DNA of 64,000 nt from the NCBI GenBank assembly GCA_951406725.2, contig OX597817.1:26412001-26476000 (forward strand). The letters are read 5' to 3'. This document shows positions 1-12,034 of the stretch, one piece after another. Origin of the DNA: Octopus vulgaris. Taxonomy: Eukaryota. The stretch's first letter is position 1; the number at the start of each line of letters is the position of its first letter. The position numbers and the translations under genes are program-made. The notes beneath the pieces were generated by a model. The model worked only from the letters and a program-made list of their open reading frames with translations, made no database searches and was not told the DNA's origin.

Positions 1-18
1 GTGCACTAAATAAGCATA

Positions 19-419
19 CGCAGGAATGGCTGTGTGATAAGTAGCTTGCTTACCAACCACATGGTACTTGGTTCAGTCCCACTGCGTGACACCTTGGGCA
101 AGTGTCTTCTACTATAGCCTCGGGCCGACCAAAACCTTATGAGTGAATTTGCTAGATGGAAACTGAAAGAAGCCTGTCGTATATATGTATATATGTTTAT
201 GTGTGTGTGTGTGTGTGTGTGTGTGTGGGCTTGTCCCCCCAACATCGCTTGACAACCGATGCTGGTGTATTTATGTCTCCGTAACTTAACAGTTTGGCAA
301 AAGAGACTGATAGAATAAGCACTAGGCTTACAAACAATAAGTCCTGGGATCGATTTTCTCGACTAAAGGCAGTGCTCCAGCATGGCTACAGTCAAATAAC
401 TGAAACAAGTAAAAGAGTA
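19..419 (+). mobile_element. SINE family A (tRNA-derived, internal (TA)n/(TG)n, AAGAGT-type tail), full length
   Basis: A-box TGGCTGTGTGAT and B-box GGTTCAGTCCC; about 15 related copies in the window. Confidence 0.9.
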
Positions 420-694
420 CTTAAGTTTCACTTACTATACACAAATATTTAATTTTCAAACTTCTAGAAATGTCGTAGTGGACCAGTGATTAACCGAATG
501 GATACTTGCAATCAATAATGTTTGATGCTAATTAAAAGAAACAGAAAAGAAATCTAAGTAAAGCAGCCTGGGACAGAAGAATATCTGGTAGAGCGCAAAA
601 GTTTTTTATCTTCTATTTAATATTGCAGAACCTAAAGTTAAGCAGCATTTTACAAAATAGGGTGACTGAAAATTTTAATATTTCTCTTGGCACA

Positions 695-1330
695 AGGTGG
701 TGAACTGGCAGAATCATTAGCATGCCAGGCAAAATGCTTAGTGACACCTTGTCTGTCAGCATGTTCTGAGTTTAAATTCTTATTTCTTAACTGCCTACAA
801 GGGGCTAAACATAGAGTGGATAAACAAGGATAGACAAATGGATTAAGTAGATTATATCGACCTCAGTGTGTAACTGGTACTTATTTAATCGACCCCGAAA
901 GGATGAAAGGCAAAGTCGACCTCGGCGAAATTTGAACTCAGAACGTAGCGGCAGACGAAATACCTATTTCTTTATTACCCACAAGGGGCTAAACACAGAG
1001 GGGACAAACAAGGACAGACAAATGGATTAAGTAGATTATATCGACCCCAATGTGTAACTGGTACTTATTTAATCGACTCCGAAAGGAGGAAAGGCAAAGT
1101 TGACCTCGGTGGAATTTGAACTCAGAACGTAGCGGCAGACGAAATACCGCTAAGCATTTCAACTGGCGTGCTAACGTTTCTGCCAACTCTCCTGAGTTTA
1201 AATTCTGATAAGGTTGGCTTTCCTTTTGAGGATCGATAAATCAAGTACCCAAGTTGAATACTGGGGTCGATGTAATCGACTAGCAACCTCCTTCAAAATT
1301 CCTGGCTTTATACCAAACTCTGAAACCAAT
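695..1330 (+). mobile_element. Older SINE family B' copy split by a younger SINE B insertion
   Basis: Head at 695-780, remainder at 1192-1330; CTGAGTTTAAATTCT duplicated at 766-780 and 1192-1206. Confidence 0.85.
781..1191 (-). mobile_element. SINE family B, full copy (965-1191) plus tandem partial copy (781-964)
   Basis: GAGGTCGACTTTGCCTTTCATCCTTTCGGGGTCGAT central domain occurs twice; copies join at GGTATTTC; 15-bp TSD. Confidence 0.9.
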
Positions 1331-2357
1331 ATTTTTCATGGCAGGATTTAGCTATGTGGATTTGTGCTACCAAAAATATGAGGACTGGAGGTAAATATTC
1401 CACTGTTGCTTATGTTATTATCACCAGAAACACAAAAGGTTATATCATATATCATAAAACTCCGAAACTGCAATTGTAACTCTTTTAAATGATGCTGCAT
1501 CAATGAGCTACTATATTTCTTATTGACTTGATTTCTCTTTTTCTTTCCTTTTTCATAAACGTTTGACATTCAAATCTACAATTATAAAATTCTGATTTGT
1601 TCTAACAAACAATGTAACGTATCTCTGCAATGAAATTTTGAAAATATGCCAGTGTTCTTTGTACGATAGATTTTTGTTTTCAATTTCGTCTTTACTCATT
1701 TGAAGAAAGACTGAAATAGATTTAAAAGATTTCTCAAAGGTCAAATCTTGAAAACTCAAAGAGATACACGCTGGGGTCATGCAACAGAAATTTCAGTGAT
1801 TTTTCAAATTCTGTTAATGTTAAATGTTTCAAAGCTTTTCAACAGTCATTTCCAATTCACAAGGGATGCACATATCATTGATTTACTTTCATATCACAAA
1901 TAGAAAAATCAATCTTGCAAAAATCACAATGCAACCGAAAGTAAATATTTTCAAAAAGTTAGTATACCCAACGGTAATGTAAAATAAAGATTTATCAAAC
2001 AAATATATTTTATTTAACAAGTCCTTAAAGATATTGCTAAACAAAGTTATAAAACTAATACATAACAATAAAGTATAATAATGTACGTGATCTATAAGAG
2101 ATATAAAATACTATCAGTGAGTTTTCCATATAAGAATCAGTGCATTTTATTCTCCATATCATATAGTTATAGGCCTCCACTTCAAATTTATCAATACGTC
2201 TTAGCTTTTTTTTAACCTTTTCAGCTTTCACTTCTAAAGTGTCATGAGACTAATTCCATCACACTATTAATGATAATTTCTTCACATAACACAATTCTTC
2301 CTCGAAACCAGCAAGTAATTATCCTGATTCTAAAGATTCTTTCTTTAGCAAATAAAC

Positions 2358-2722
2358 GTACTACTATTACTACTACTACTACTACTACTGCAGCTGCTGC
2401 TGCTGCTGCTGTTGTTGTTGTTAAGCAACAACATGGGTAAGGGTGATTAGGTGATGGTCCAGGGCTTAGGGGCGGGAGATCCCAGATCTTGGAAAAAAAT
2501 AACTTTGGTCGTCTTGTTGTAGTCGAGGACTCTTCGTTGACGTCCGACGCCACTGGGGGGTGGCCCTTGAAGTCGCCGGAAATGGAGATCTCCAGGTCCA
2601 AATTCTTGCTACTGCTGCTATTACTGCTGCTGCTGCTACTACTACTACTACTACAACTACTACTACTGCTGCTGCTGCTAGTACTGCTGCTGCTACAGTA
2701 ATAATAATAGCAACAACAGCAA
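2358..2722. repeat. Compound (CTA)n/(CTG)n/(TTG)n microsatellite enclosing a 175-bp GC-rich insert
   Basis: Seen directly; source of the poly-S/L/T ORFs. Confidence 0.85.
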
Positions 2723-2919
2723 CAAAAATAATTTCTTACATTGTTAAATGGCAACACATTTGAAGTGAAAGCTTATTGTTGACTGAAAAGCCCCAATAAA
2801 TACCTAATATTTTCAGTATTGACCTCTGGTTGTATGAGAACAGAAAGCATGAAGCTAAACTAAATATTTGACATTTAATCAGTGCTCTTCTGTTTCAGAC
2901 TCTCTGGTTTCTTCTGCCA

Positions 2920-3370
2920 GTTAAAATGAAAAGAAAATGAAGAAAATAAAAATGGCTAACACCGAAAGGAAAATGAAAGTAAAACAAAAAGATAAAAAAA
3001 GATGCATGTGAAAAATGATAAAACAGACAAAATAAATTGAAGAAAATGTAATAAAAACCCAAAGGAAATAATGAAAGTAAGAATGGCAAAAAAAAAAAGA
3101 AAAGAAAATATAAAGACAATTAAATGAAAATATGCTCTCCCTCAGGAAATTTGAAAAGTACAAAGTCAAAAAGAAAAGAAAGATGAAAACAAAGCCAGGA
3201 AAGTTAAGAAAATGAAAACAAGGATAAAGAGAATAATTAAGAATAAAATCCCGACAAAGAAAACAATAAATAAAAATAAGGGCAACACAGAATTGGGAGA
3301 ACAAAAATAAAACAATAACAAAAATAAAACAAAATAAGGTAGAATAATGGAGAAATCAAAAGAAATAATC
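2920..3370. repeat. A-rich low-complexity purine tract
   Basis: Degenerate AAAAT/GAAAA units; source of the F/L-rich minus-strand ORFs. Confidence 0.75.
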
Positions 3371-3634
3371 TGAGGCAGCAGACTGGTAACCAAACAAATG
3401 GAATAGATTAAGTGTCAAAGATTGTCTTACATAGAATCTGATAACAAAGACATGACCAGTTATAAAATAAGCATATGTAACATAACATGACAAAGTGTCT
3501 AGAAAGAAATACAATTAGTAAAATTAACTTGTTAAAAGCATGAGAAACATTTATGAAACTAGCAATATGCCAAGGAATTTCCTTATATTTCTTCATACCT
3601 GCATTAAAAGTTTTGTTGATGGTATCAAATTTAA

Positions 3635-4054
3635 TATTTCGTTTTTGGATTTGGTTTGCAAAATTCTTTATATGAGTTCGTGTGTTGAAGCATATTCTGT
3701 TGTGTCTGGGGAGAGTCATTTTTTTTTGGTGCCTTATAATTTAACACACTCACCGGTAAAATTTCCACTTTCTTTTCTTACTTTTATTTTCCTAAAATTT
3801 TTGTTGCATCTTGCAACCTTTTCAATAGTCTTGACTCTATCCGTTATTTACACTGTGTTCCTTTTTGTTTGTTTGTGCACATGTGTGTGGGTCAGTGTGT
3901 GGCAGTGTAAATAATGGACAGAGTCAAGACTATTGAAAAGGTTGCAAGATGCAACGAAAATTTTAGGAAAATAAAAATAAGTGGAAACTTTACCAGTGAG
4001 TGTGTTACATTATAAGGCACAAAAAGAAAATGATTCTCCCCAGACACAACAGAA
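3635..4054 (-). mobile_element. Fold-back Penelope-type non-autonomous element (family C), copy 1
   Basis: Inverted arms 3692-3855 and 3903-4057, 47-nt spacer; TATCAAATTTAA flanks both ends (3623-3634, 4055-4066); second copy at 51238. Confidence 0.85.
3930..3966 (+). ncRNA. Minimal type-I hammerhead ribozyme motif, U3:A8 variant
   Basis: cta-TTGAAAA-g-GTTGCA aga TGCAAC-GAAA-at-TT-tag; stem III is the palindrome AATT. Mirror copy at 3792-3828 (-) has GAAA mutated to AAAA. Confidence 0.65.
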
Positions 4055-4708
4055 TATCAAATTTAAATTATTTTTTTAATAAAGGTTTCCTTTCACTGAC
4101 TTAAAGAGAGCAAGATGGATTGCACCAATGACTCTTTCAAGAGCCCCTTGACTGGCAAATGAAGGTAGAATGTCTCCTCAGATCAAAGACCATACTTAGT
4201 TGCTTGCAACAAAGTAGTCTCTGCTAAAGATATTTCATCTCTTTTTACCATAAAGTTGCCCAGAATAAGGTCGAAGAACTTCCAAATACAACGATCTTGA
4301 AACTGAAGCAGACAACATGTGATGCATAATATTATAAACAGTATGAATAATAACTGAAACATCAGGTAGGATAAAAAAGAATAGTAAGACTTCCAAATTG
4401 ACACATGGCCCACAAAATATCCCCTGCTAAACACAACTCACATCTTATGTCATTATATTTCTAATTCAGTTGTGCAACCCACAACTGCACAATTGTAGAA
4501 TTCATGCAACACACATGCAAGTGCCTCCTTATGATATTACACTACCCACTCAATATATATTTTACATGATCATCATCTAACATTTAATACATATACGAGA
4601 CATTTACTTCACAACAACATAGCACAACTTACAGGGTACATATTCTACACAACATAAATAATACTTAAGTAATACCAGAAACAAAACAAAACAAAACAGA
4701 CACATGCA

Positions 4709-4871
4709 GTTCTATATTTAAGAGATGAGGAATTATTTAAATTATTTACATTTGACGGATACCTTAGGAATGAAAACCCAGGTTCGAAATTTCCCCAAGA
4801 CACCTGATGAAGACTGAAGAGTATATCAACAAGATGTGGACAAATATCCCACAAATGTAAATAATGTAAAT
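4709..4871 (+). mobile_element. Short Penelope-type element (family F) with inverted 5' head and internally deleted hammerhead
   Basis: gacac-CTGATGA retained, GAAA half deleted relative to copies at 23418 and 41170; AAAACAGACACA at 4693-4704 and 4872-4883. Confidence 0.75.
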
Positions 4872-5061
4872 AAAACAGACACAATTCTAAACTCCCAAAA
4901 GATAATGTTTTGCACCACAAGAACACAGTTCATATGCTACTGTTGAAAACAGTAATTTACATATAATAAATGTGAGGAAGAACAAAGGAATGACTCATGA
5001 AAGAACTCCAAGAGTTGCGTAATCTGACCACAGTTTAGGAAAATATCCAAAGAAAGTTCTA

Positions 5062-5380
5062 GGCGTTCCTTCGTTTTAACTCAACAAAACCATAACAAGA
5101 CCTTGGCTGTTTCCATGACAACTCTACAATTCACTTCAGATATCTTCGTGTCCTCCAAACATACACACATGAAGCAGGTAAGAACAGATATGCAAGGCTT
5201 TTTGCTGGCATAATTTCGTTATATCTGTATTCCACAACACATAAATACATAAAAACAGAACACGCACAGTGTCACAGAGGTCACGAAGGTCACGAAGATA
5301 TCTGAAGTGAATTGTCGAGTTGTCATGGAAACAAACGAGGTCCTTGTTATGGTTTTGTCGAGTTGAAACGAAGGAATGCC
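5062..5380. mobile_element. MITE, Merlin-like DNA transposon derivative
   Basis: About 90-bp terminal inverted repeats (GGCGTTCCTTCG...CGAAGGAATGCC); 8-bp TSD AAGTTCTA at 5054-5061 and 5381-5388. Confidence 0.85.
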
Positions 5381-5924
5381 AAGTTCTATGTAAGATTTTA
5401 ATGAAAATATAGGTTACGGGAAAAACGTGGACCTGATGTAATAGAATAACATTTGGAACGAACTAAGTATATAAGCAAAGACATGGAGAATAAAATGCAT
5501 ACCAACCATAGATCAATCAATACCAATAAAAGAGAAGGAGGATAAATATATTAAGGACATTCTATAAACAAGTGGGCTACGTGAAATTACATTGAGAAAT
5601 GAGAGCCATTTGCAAATGAATCAAAGAAATAATAGTTAAGTATTTAAGGGAAAAGCATAAAACAATGCTGAAGGATATAACATGTGGAAACAGGATTGGG
5701 AATACAAAAAAAAAGAGAAATGAATATATTTACGCAAAAAAATCCTAAACGATCTCAAAAAATGATCAAGATTGATTTCGGGGTGTTTAAAGCGGAAAAA
5801 GTTTACAAGTATTTTCTCACCTTTGACACAGAATCTTGTTTAATGTACCATAGAATACGTGTCGTGGAAAACTAAGGAGTCACACTTTTTATACTAAAAG
5901 ATAAAATATCATATATATATTCCT

Positions 5925-6130
5925 TATTCTTTACTTGTTTCAATCATTTGACTGCGGCCATGCTGGAGCACCACCTTTTCGTCGAACAGATCGACCCCCT
6001 AGGATTTATTTTTTGTAAACCTAGTACTTATTTATTGATCTCTTTCATCAAACTGCTAAGTTACGGGGATGTAAACACACCAACATTGGTTGTCAAACGA
6101 AGGTGGGGGGACAAACACAGATACACACAA

Positions 6131-6192
<62 letters not shown>

Positions 6193-6612
6193 GAATGGAG
6201 TTGAACGACTAGTTAACAAATATCCTTTATTCTCGACATATGTTTCGAAGGCTGCATATTCTTAATTCCAAAGGAATAAGGAGTACATTATGCAGATTTC
6301 TCATCAGAAAAATCAAGGAACTTATGTCGACATCAAAATGCACAAAAAACTTTTAGCTGACCGCTCTCAAGGAGCCCATATATAAATACATTTATGTTGT
6401 GCAAGATTTCTTATGTGAAGTCGTGTGTTGAAACAAATATTGTTATATTTCGGAATGGTCATTTTGCCAGTTTAGCTCATCGACAGAATTCTTTCGGTTT
6501 CCATCTATCAAATCCATTCATGAGGATTTGGTCAGCCCACAACTATAGTAGAAGAGACTTGCCTAAGGTTCTACGCAGTAGGACTGAGTCGGGAACCATG
6601 TGGTTGGGAAGC
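5925..6612 (-). mobile_element. SINE A interrupted in its (TA)n tract by two Penelope-type fragments (6190-6378 and 6394-6478)
   Basis: 3' half at 5925-6140, 5' half at 6488-6612. Confidence 0.85.
6230..6312 (-). ncRNA. Type-I hammerhead ribozyme, canonical core, long stem II
   Basis: ttttt-CTGATGA-gaa..CTGCATA..TATGCAG..ttc-GAAA-catatg-TC-gagaa followed by AATAAA; GUC triplet; palindromic stem III ACATATGT. Confidence 0.8.
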
Positions 6613-7089
6613 TAAGATGAAGGGAATTCTTACAGTGACTATCCACACTTTTTCTCTGGCAGCAGATATTCCTGAATATATTATGCAGTGTGTTACTATT
6701 TACCTGTCGTGTTTGAAGGTGGTCATATGTGATTTACAAAATATTTGACTGCTTTTTATAGAATGTTGAGCAATTGTGTAGTGGTGGATTTATGTATTGG
6801 CTCAGGTTATCCCATGTGTACCACTAATAAGGATGCACTGATATGAATGATAGTTGATGGCATATACTTCCTGCTACACAAAAAAGATCTATCACCTTGG
6901 GAGGTGAAAGGAAACTGAAGGATACTGAATGTGACAAGAAACTTACTAGTATATTGGCAGAATGCTACTAGAAGAGGCAAATTGTACATTGACAGAATGG
7001 TACTAGAAAAGACAAACTTTAAAAGAATTACCAAGCAAGAAGCTGGACTATCTACCAAAAAGCATATGGTATAATCATGCGATGTTTGA

Positions 7090-7308
7090 AGGCGGTGAGC
7101 TGGCAGAAACGTTAGCACACCGGGCGAAATGCGTAGCCGTATTTCGTCTGCCGTTGCGTTCTGGGTTCAAATTCTGCTGAGGTCGACTTTGCCTTTCATC
7201 TTTTCGGGGTCGATAAATTAAGTACCACTTACGCACTGGGGTCGATGTAATCGACTTAATCCGTTTGTCTGTCCTTGTTTGTCCCCTCCTTGTGGGTAGT
7301 AAAGAAAT
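7090..7308 (+). mobile_element. SINE family B
   Basis: Full head and AAAGAAATA tail; CATGYGATGTTTGA TSD. Confidence 0.9.
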
Positions 7309-8102
7309 ACATGTGATGTTTGATATCAATAATGGAATAAATTTTTCATATCAATACAGGAATAAAACCTTATTGGGATGAACATGAACTTGGTGACTCA
7401 ACTTAAATGTGACATGTGGGAAGAATTTACAGCAAATAGAAAATTCAGTGTATCACTATTTCTGCTATTACAAAAAATATTTTAATCTGCATTTATTATA
7501 TATTTCAAAAGATCAAAACAAGATACTTAGCCATGAATAACAAATCAATAATGTAATATCCCATGATAATTATTAATCAAAACTAGTAAGGAGATGGCTG
7601 TAATCTTGGTTTATTCAGTCAGGATTTGAAGTAGTAACATCGAAAGGTATTTTGATGCTTCTTCTTATGTGATTATAAAAGGAAGGAGAGTAATGAAATA
7701 TAAATGGATCGCTTACTTTTGGTTGCAATGTAAAACCAAATGTTGCATATATTTGCTTGTTACATGATGACGAAAGGAAAAAGAATGCAAGACAAATCTC
7801 TCGGGCATTCAAATGTTATTCCAGTTGTTGTTGTTAAGAGGAAAGTCAACTATAACTGAGCCTGTATTAACCATCATATAAAACTTTTAAGATATGATTT
7901 ATCAGAGACTACATTATCTAATGTATCCTTCATATAAGACAGTAGGTTATGATTTGAAGAAAACTTGGCTGCTATTTTTGGTTGGTTGAATGAATCCTAT
8001 TTTAATTGTCGTAGATGTCCTGGACAGATTATCAAAACAGCTACTTAAGTAACTTTGACTTATTTAAATTGTGAGCCAGATTATGGAAAATATATCTTCT
8101 AT

Positions 8103-8501
8103 AGGCGTAGGAGTGGCTGTGTGGTAAGTAGCTTGCTTATGAACTACGTGGTTCTGGGTTCAGTCCCACTGCATGACACCTTGGGCAAGTGTCTTCTACT
8201 ATAGCCTTGAGCCAACCAAAGCCTTGTGAGTGGATTTGGCAAACAGAAACTAAAAGAAGCCGGTCGGATATATGTGTATGTGTTTGTTTATGTTTGTATG
8301 TCTGTGTTTGTCCCCTTCCCAACATCGCTTGACAATCGATATCCCCGTAACTTAGCAGTTTGGCGAAAGAAACTGATACAACAAGAACTAGGCTTACAAA
8401 GAATAAGTCCTGGGGTCGATTTGCTTCGACTAAAGGCGGTGCTCCAGCATGGCCACAATCACATGACTGAAACAAGTAAAAGAGAATAAAGAGTAAAGAG
8501 T
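8103..8501 (+). mobile_element. SINE family A
   Basis: Matches 19-419. Confidence 0.9.
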
Positions 8502-8544
8502 ATCCTGTAAGAAAGAATCCTTAAAAACAAGGAGCCTGTTCCTT

Positions 8545-8768
8545 CCTTATGTATTAGCTTGAAATTTTGGCAGAAGGCCAGCAATTTTGGAGGAGGGGTA
8601 AATCAATTACATCACTCCCAGTGCTCAACTGGTACCTATTTTATCAACTCTGAAAGGATAAAACACAAAGTTAATTGCAGCAGAATTTGAACCCAGAACA
8701 TAAAGCTGGATTAAATGTCACTAAGTATTTTGGCCAGTGTGCTAATGACGTTGCCAGCTCACCACCAT
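8545..8768 (-). mobile_element. Degenerate SINE B'
   Basis: Recognisable central domain and head. Confidence 0.75.
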
Positions 8769-10653
8769 TCCTTCCCTATATATTAAGGCATTAATTCTGT
8801 GCTATCATTGATCTAGAACAGAATTATATTGATAAGTACTTTAGCTCCTAACTAAAACATTAATATACTGAAGGAGAAGAAAAAAAAATACTGACAGCTA
8901 ATCAATCTAACTAATAGAATATTAGTAAACCGTTCTCCAAAATATTCTGTAATAAGGTGACAGAACATTTGGCAATTCACCAAATAATTAGAGTAAAGCA
9001 GAACGAGGGTAAAACAAAGTTCTAGAAACAGCTGACAACTCCATATTAAGAAATAATGATGTAAAATTAAAAAACAGAAACTTGTCATGTTTGGGTGAGC
9101 TGATTATAAAACAAAAAGCTCTTTAATTGAATCTCATAAATCTAGAAAGTTTTCAAATATCAGAATATTCTGATGAACATCTTATGTTAGGAAAGTGGCA
9201 TAAAGTTCAGTAAACCATTTAGGAGTATAAACAGGAATAAATGTAATAATTCAATTATCACTGTACTTGCAAAATTCTTACAAGTTATTAGGTTAAATTT
9301 CACCAGCTGAAATCTAAAGCTAAAGTAGAGAATAAAATGAACTTACAAACATAAAACCAGAGAACTATAATGCATGCTAATAAAAGTAAACCTCGTATGA
9401 CAATGCTAGAGTTGAATATGTCACATAATAAAAATGAAACCCCTCTAAAAGAGAGAATTATCTAGAAGTAATTAAATCTCTTTGAGGCAGGTATCAGATG
9501 TATCTATCATATATAAACAGGACAACACTTCTAGTCATTTTGAGAACACATACAAGTCTTATATGAATCCCAAAATGATACCTAATATTTTGCAAGGCCA
9601 TTAAAGTGTAACCTTTGCAAACTGTAGTTGGAGGGGTGATAAAGTCTTAAATCCATTATGAAATCTATTTAAACTAACCATTCAGTTCTATTCCTTAAAA
9701 GATAAAATTATGTAACACCTTTTTAATCATCTACTTATTTTGGAAAACGCATTTAGTCTGGCTTGGGTGTACCAATCCCAATATAATCTTCCATTGATAT
9801 TTTTAAAAATAACTTTAGTCTGAGGAAAAGGAGCAAAGCACATGATATTTTTGAGGGCTCCTTTAGCAGGTAAGATGAAAGGATTAAGTTTTCCTCAGCC
9901 TGGAGCTTGAGCTGAATGCCTACAACAGAATGAACTCTGCTAAAGTCACACAAAGACAGTGATGTTAATCTCAAGATCAGGAAAGATCTCATCAGTGGGT
10001 CACTATTTAAAAATCAAATTTTTGTTTATCAAATTTCACTCAAATAGTTTTAGTCAACTGGTCAAGATTACAGCAATAGCCTAAACAATATTATTGAGAA
10101 AGGAGGTTTTCTCAACTACACAATTAAGCCTGCACCCATAGTAGTAATATTAACTGTCTGTATCACCAGACACATGGGAAGTGAGAAACTACAAAGAAAT
10201 TTTGCTGACAGAACTATAGTGGAACCATATTGTAATATGCAATAGGTTTACAAGCTTTCTCATAATTTTCCATTTTCGTTTTTTCACTGGTAAATTCAGA
10301 AGATATGCATTCATTTGTTTAAAGAAAATGACAGCTTATCAAAAATGTAAAACTAAGTTCCAGAAAATATTAATACAAGAGTCAAAAAATCTTGATTAAG
10401 CAGCCTAGATTACTAAAGTTATCTAAAAAGACATACAGTTAAGAATATCTAATTTAAAATCAGAATTGCTTTCAGTTACCATGGGCAACAGTTCAACAGC
10501 TGTTCAGCTATTGCTGTCTTTAGCACCAGTTTCTTAAGTCATGATACAGCATTGCTACCAACTCCACAAGCATCAAATATACTTACTAGGTTTCTTATGC
10601 AGTAGTTGAAATTTCAAATACATACATACATGCTTACACACACATATATATAT

Positions 10654-10844
10654 AGGGAGAGTTTATGAAAAAAAACAAAAGATGAAGACAGGTGGTGTAC
10701 AAAACAAACAGATATATTAGTATAATGCTCAGGAATAGAAAAAGTCTTTTACGTTTCAAGCCTACGCTCTTCTACAGAAAGGTACACAGAAAAAACAAGG
10801 AGAGAAAAAAATGTGTGTAGTGGCTAACGATCTATCATGGCGAC
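10654..10844 (-). mobile_element. Short Penelope-type element in (TA)n
   Basis: Bounded by TA repeats, contains a hammerhead-like motif, shares TTCCTGAGC motif with 40440-40636. Confidence 0.65.
10746..10781 (-). ncRNA. Minimal hammerhead-like motif with A6U
   Basis: cttt-CTGTAGA-a-GAGC gtag GCTT-GAAA-cg-TA-aaag; stem III palindrome ACGT; GUA triplet. Confidence 0.6.
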
Positions 10845-10883
<39 letters not shown>

Positions 10884-11529
10884 TCATCATCATTAAACGT
10901 CCGTAGAGAAAGAGAGGCAGAGACAGAGATAAATTTACGAATCATGTACTTTCTATATTGTTATGAGTGTATCTAATATTTCTTGTTAATATCTGATTCC
11001 TTCTATGATTGTGAAAAGTCTAATACATTTTTTCCTGTGCTTATGCACGTGTGTGTTTTGTATGTTTATTAAAGTATCTTACTGAGTTGAATAAACGTCA
11101 GCATGAATTCTCTACAGTTTGTGTTCCAACAGCTTAGCCCAAGATTCATGCAAACTGATGTGATTCAGTTTTACTAAAGGACATCATCATCATCATCGTC
11201 GTCGTCATCATTTTTGTGTCCACTTTTTTATGCTGGTATGGGCTGAGAAGGTCAGTTTAACATAGTATCTCTCTACGTGTTGCTACATAAACCATTTGAT
11301 TCTTTTCTGAAAAGTTTACAAATAAAAATATTGTTCAGAGTAGTCTATGATAAAACATCTAATGGTTTTAGTTTATGAGGAAGCTAGTAATATTACAAAA
11401 TCAATGAAAACAAAAAAAATTCAATAAATTTAAAATTAGCATTTTAAACCTAAATGCAAAGTGTCATGGCAGTAAAGCAATACATATGGTGCATATCTTC
11501 ATGAAAATAATCATCAAATAATCATTATA

Positions 11530-11985
11530 GACACAAGGGTGGCTGTGGGATAAGAAGCTTGCTTCTCAACCACGTGGTTCTGTGTGGCACCTCTTTTACT
11601 ATAGCATCAGGTTGACCAAAACCTTGTGAGTGGATTTAGTAGATGGAAACTGAAAGAAGTCTGCCTTATATATATATATATATATAAATTAGAAAGAAAC
11701 ACACCTTTTATCAATTCAATAATGAAAAATTAAATTATACCATCTAGGAAATTACATATTATAGAAAGATTAAATATAACGATGATTAAGTAATGTGCAA
11801 AATAATAAATAAAACGTATATATTTGGTAGAATAACGTTTTATTTATTATTTTGCACATTACTTAATCATCGTCATATGTTTTATCTTACATTTAATCTT
11901 TCTATAATATGTAAATTTCTAGATGATATAATTTAATTTTTCATTATTGAATTGATAAAAGGTGGTTTTTTCTAATTTTTATTTA

Positions 11986-12034
<49 letters not shown>

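Noticed and set aside
1348-1780. Two overlapping minus-strand ORFs
   Set aside because: No recognisable motif or clear splice signals
4183-4434. Hydrophobic minus-strand ORF with a second open frame
   Set aside because: Weak splice context and no recognisable homology; unsupported without RNA data
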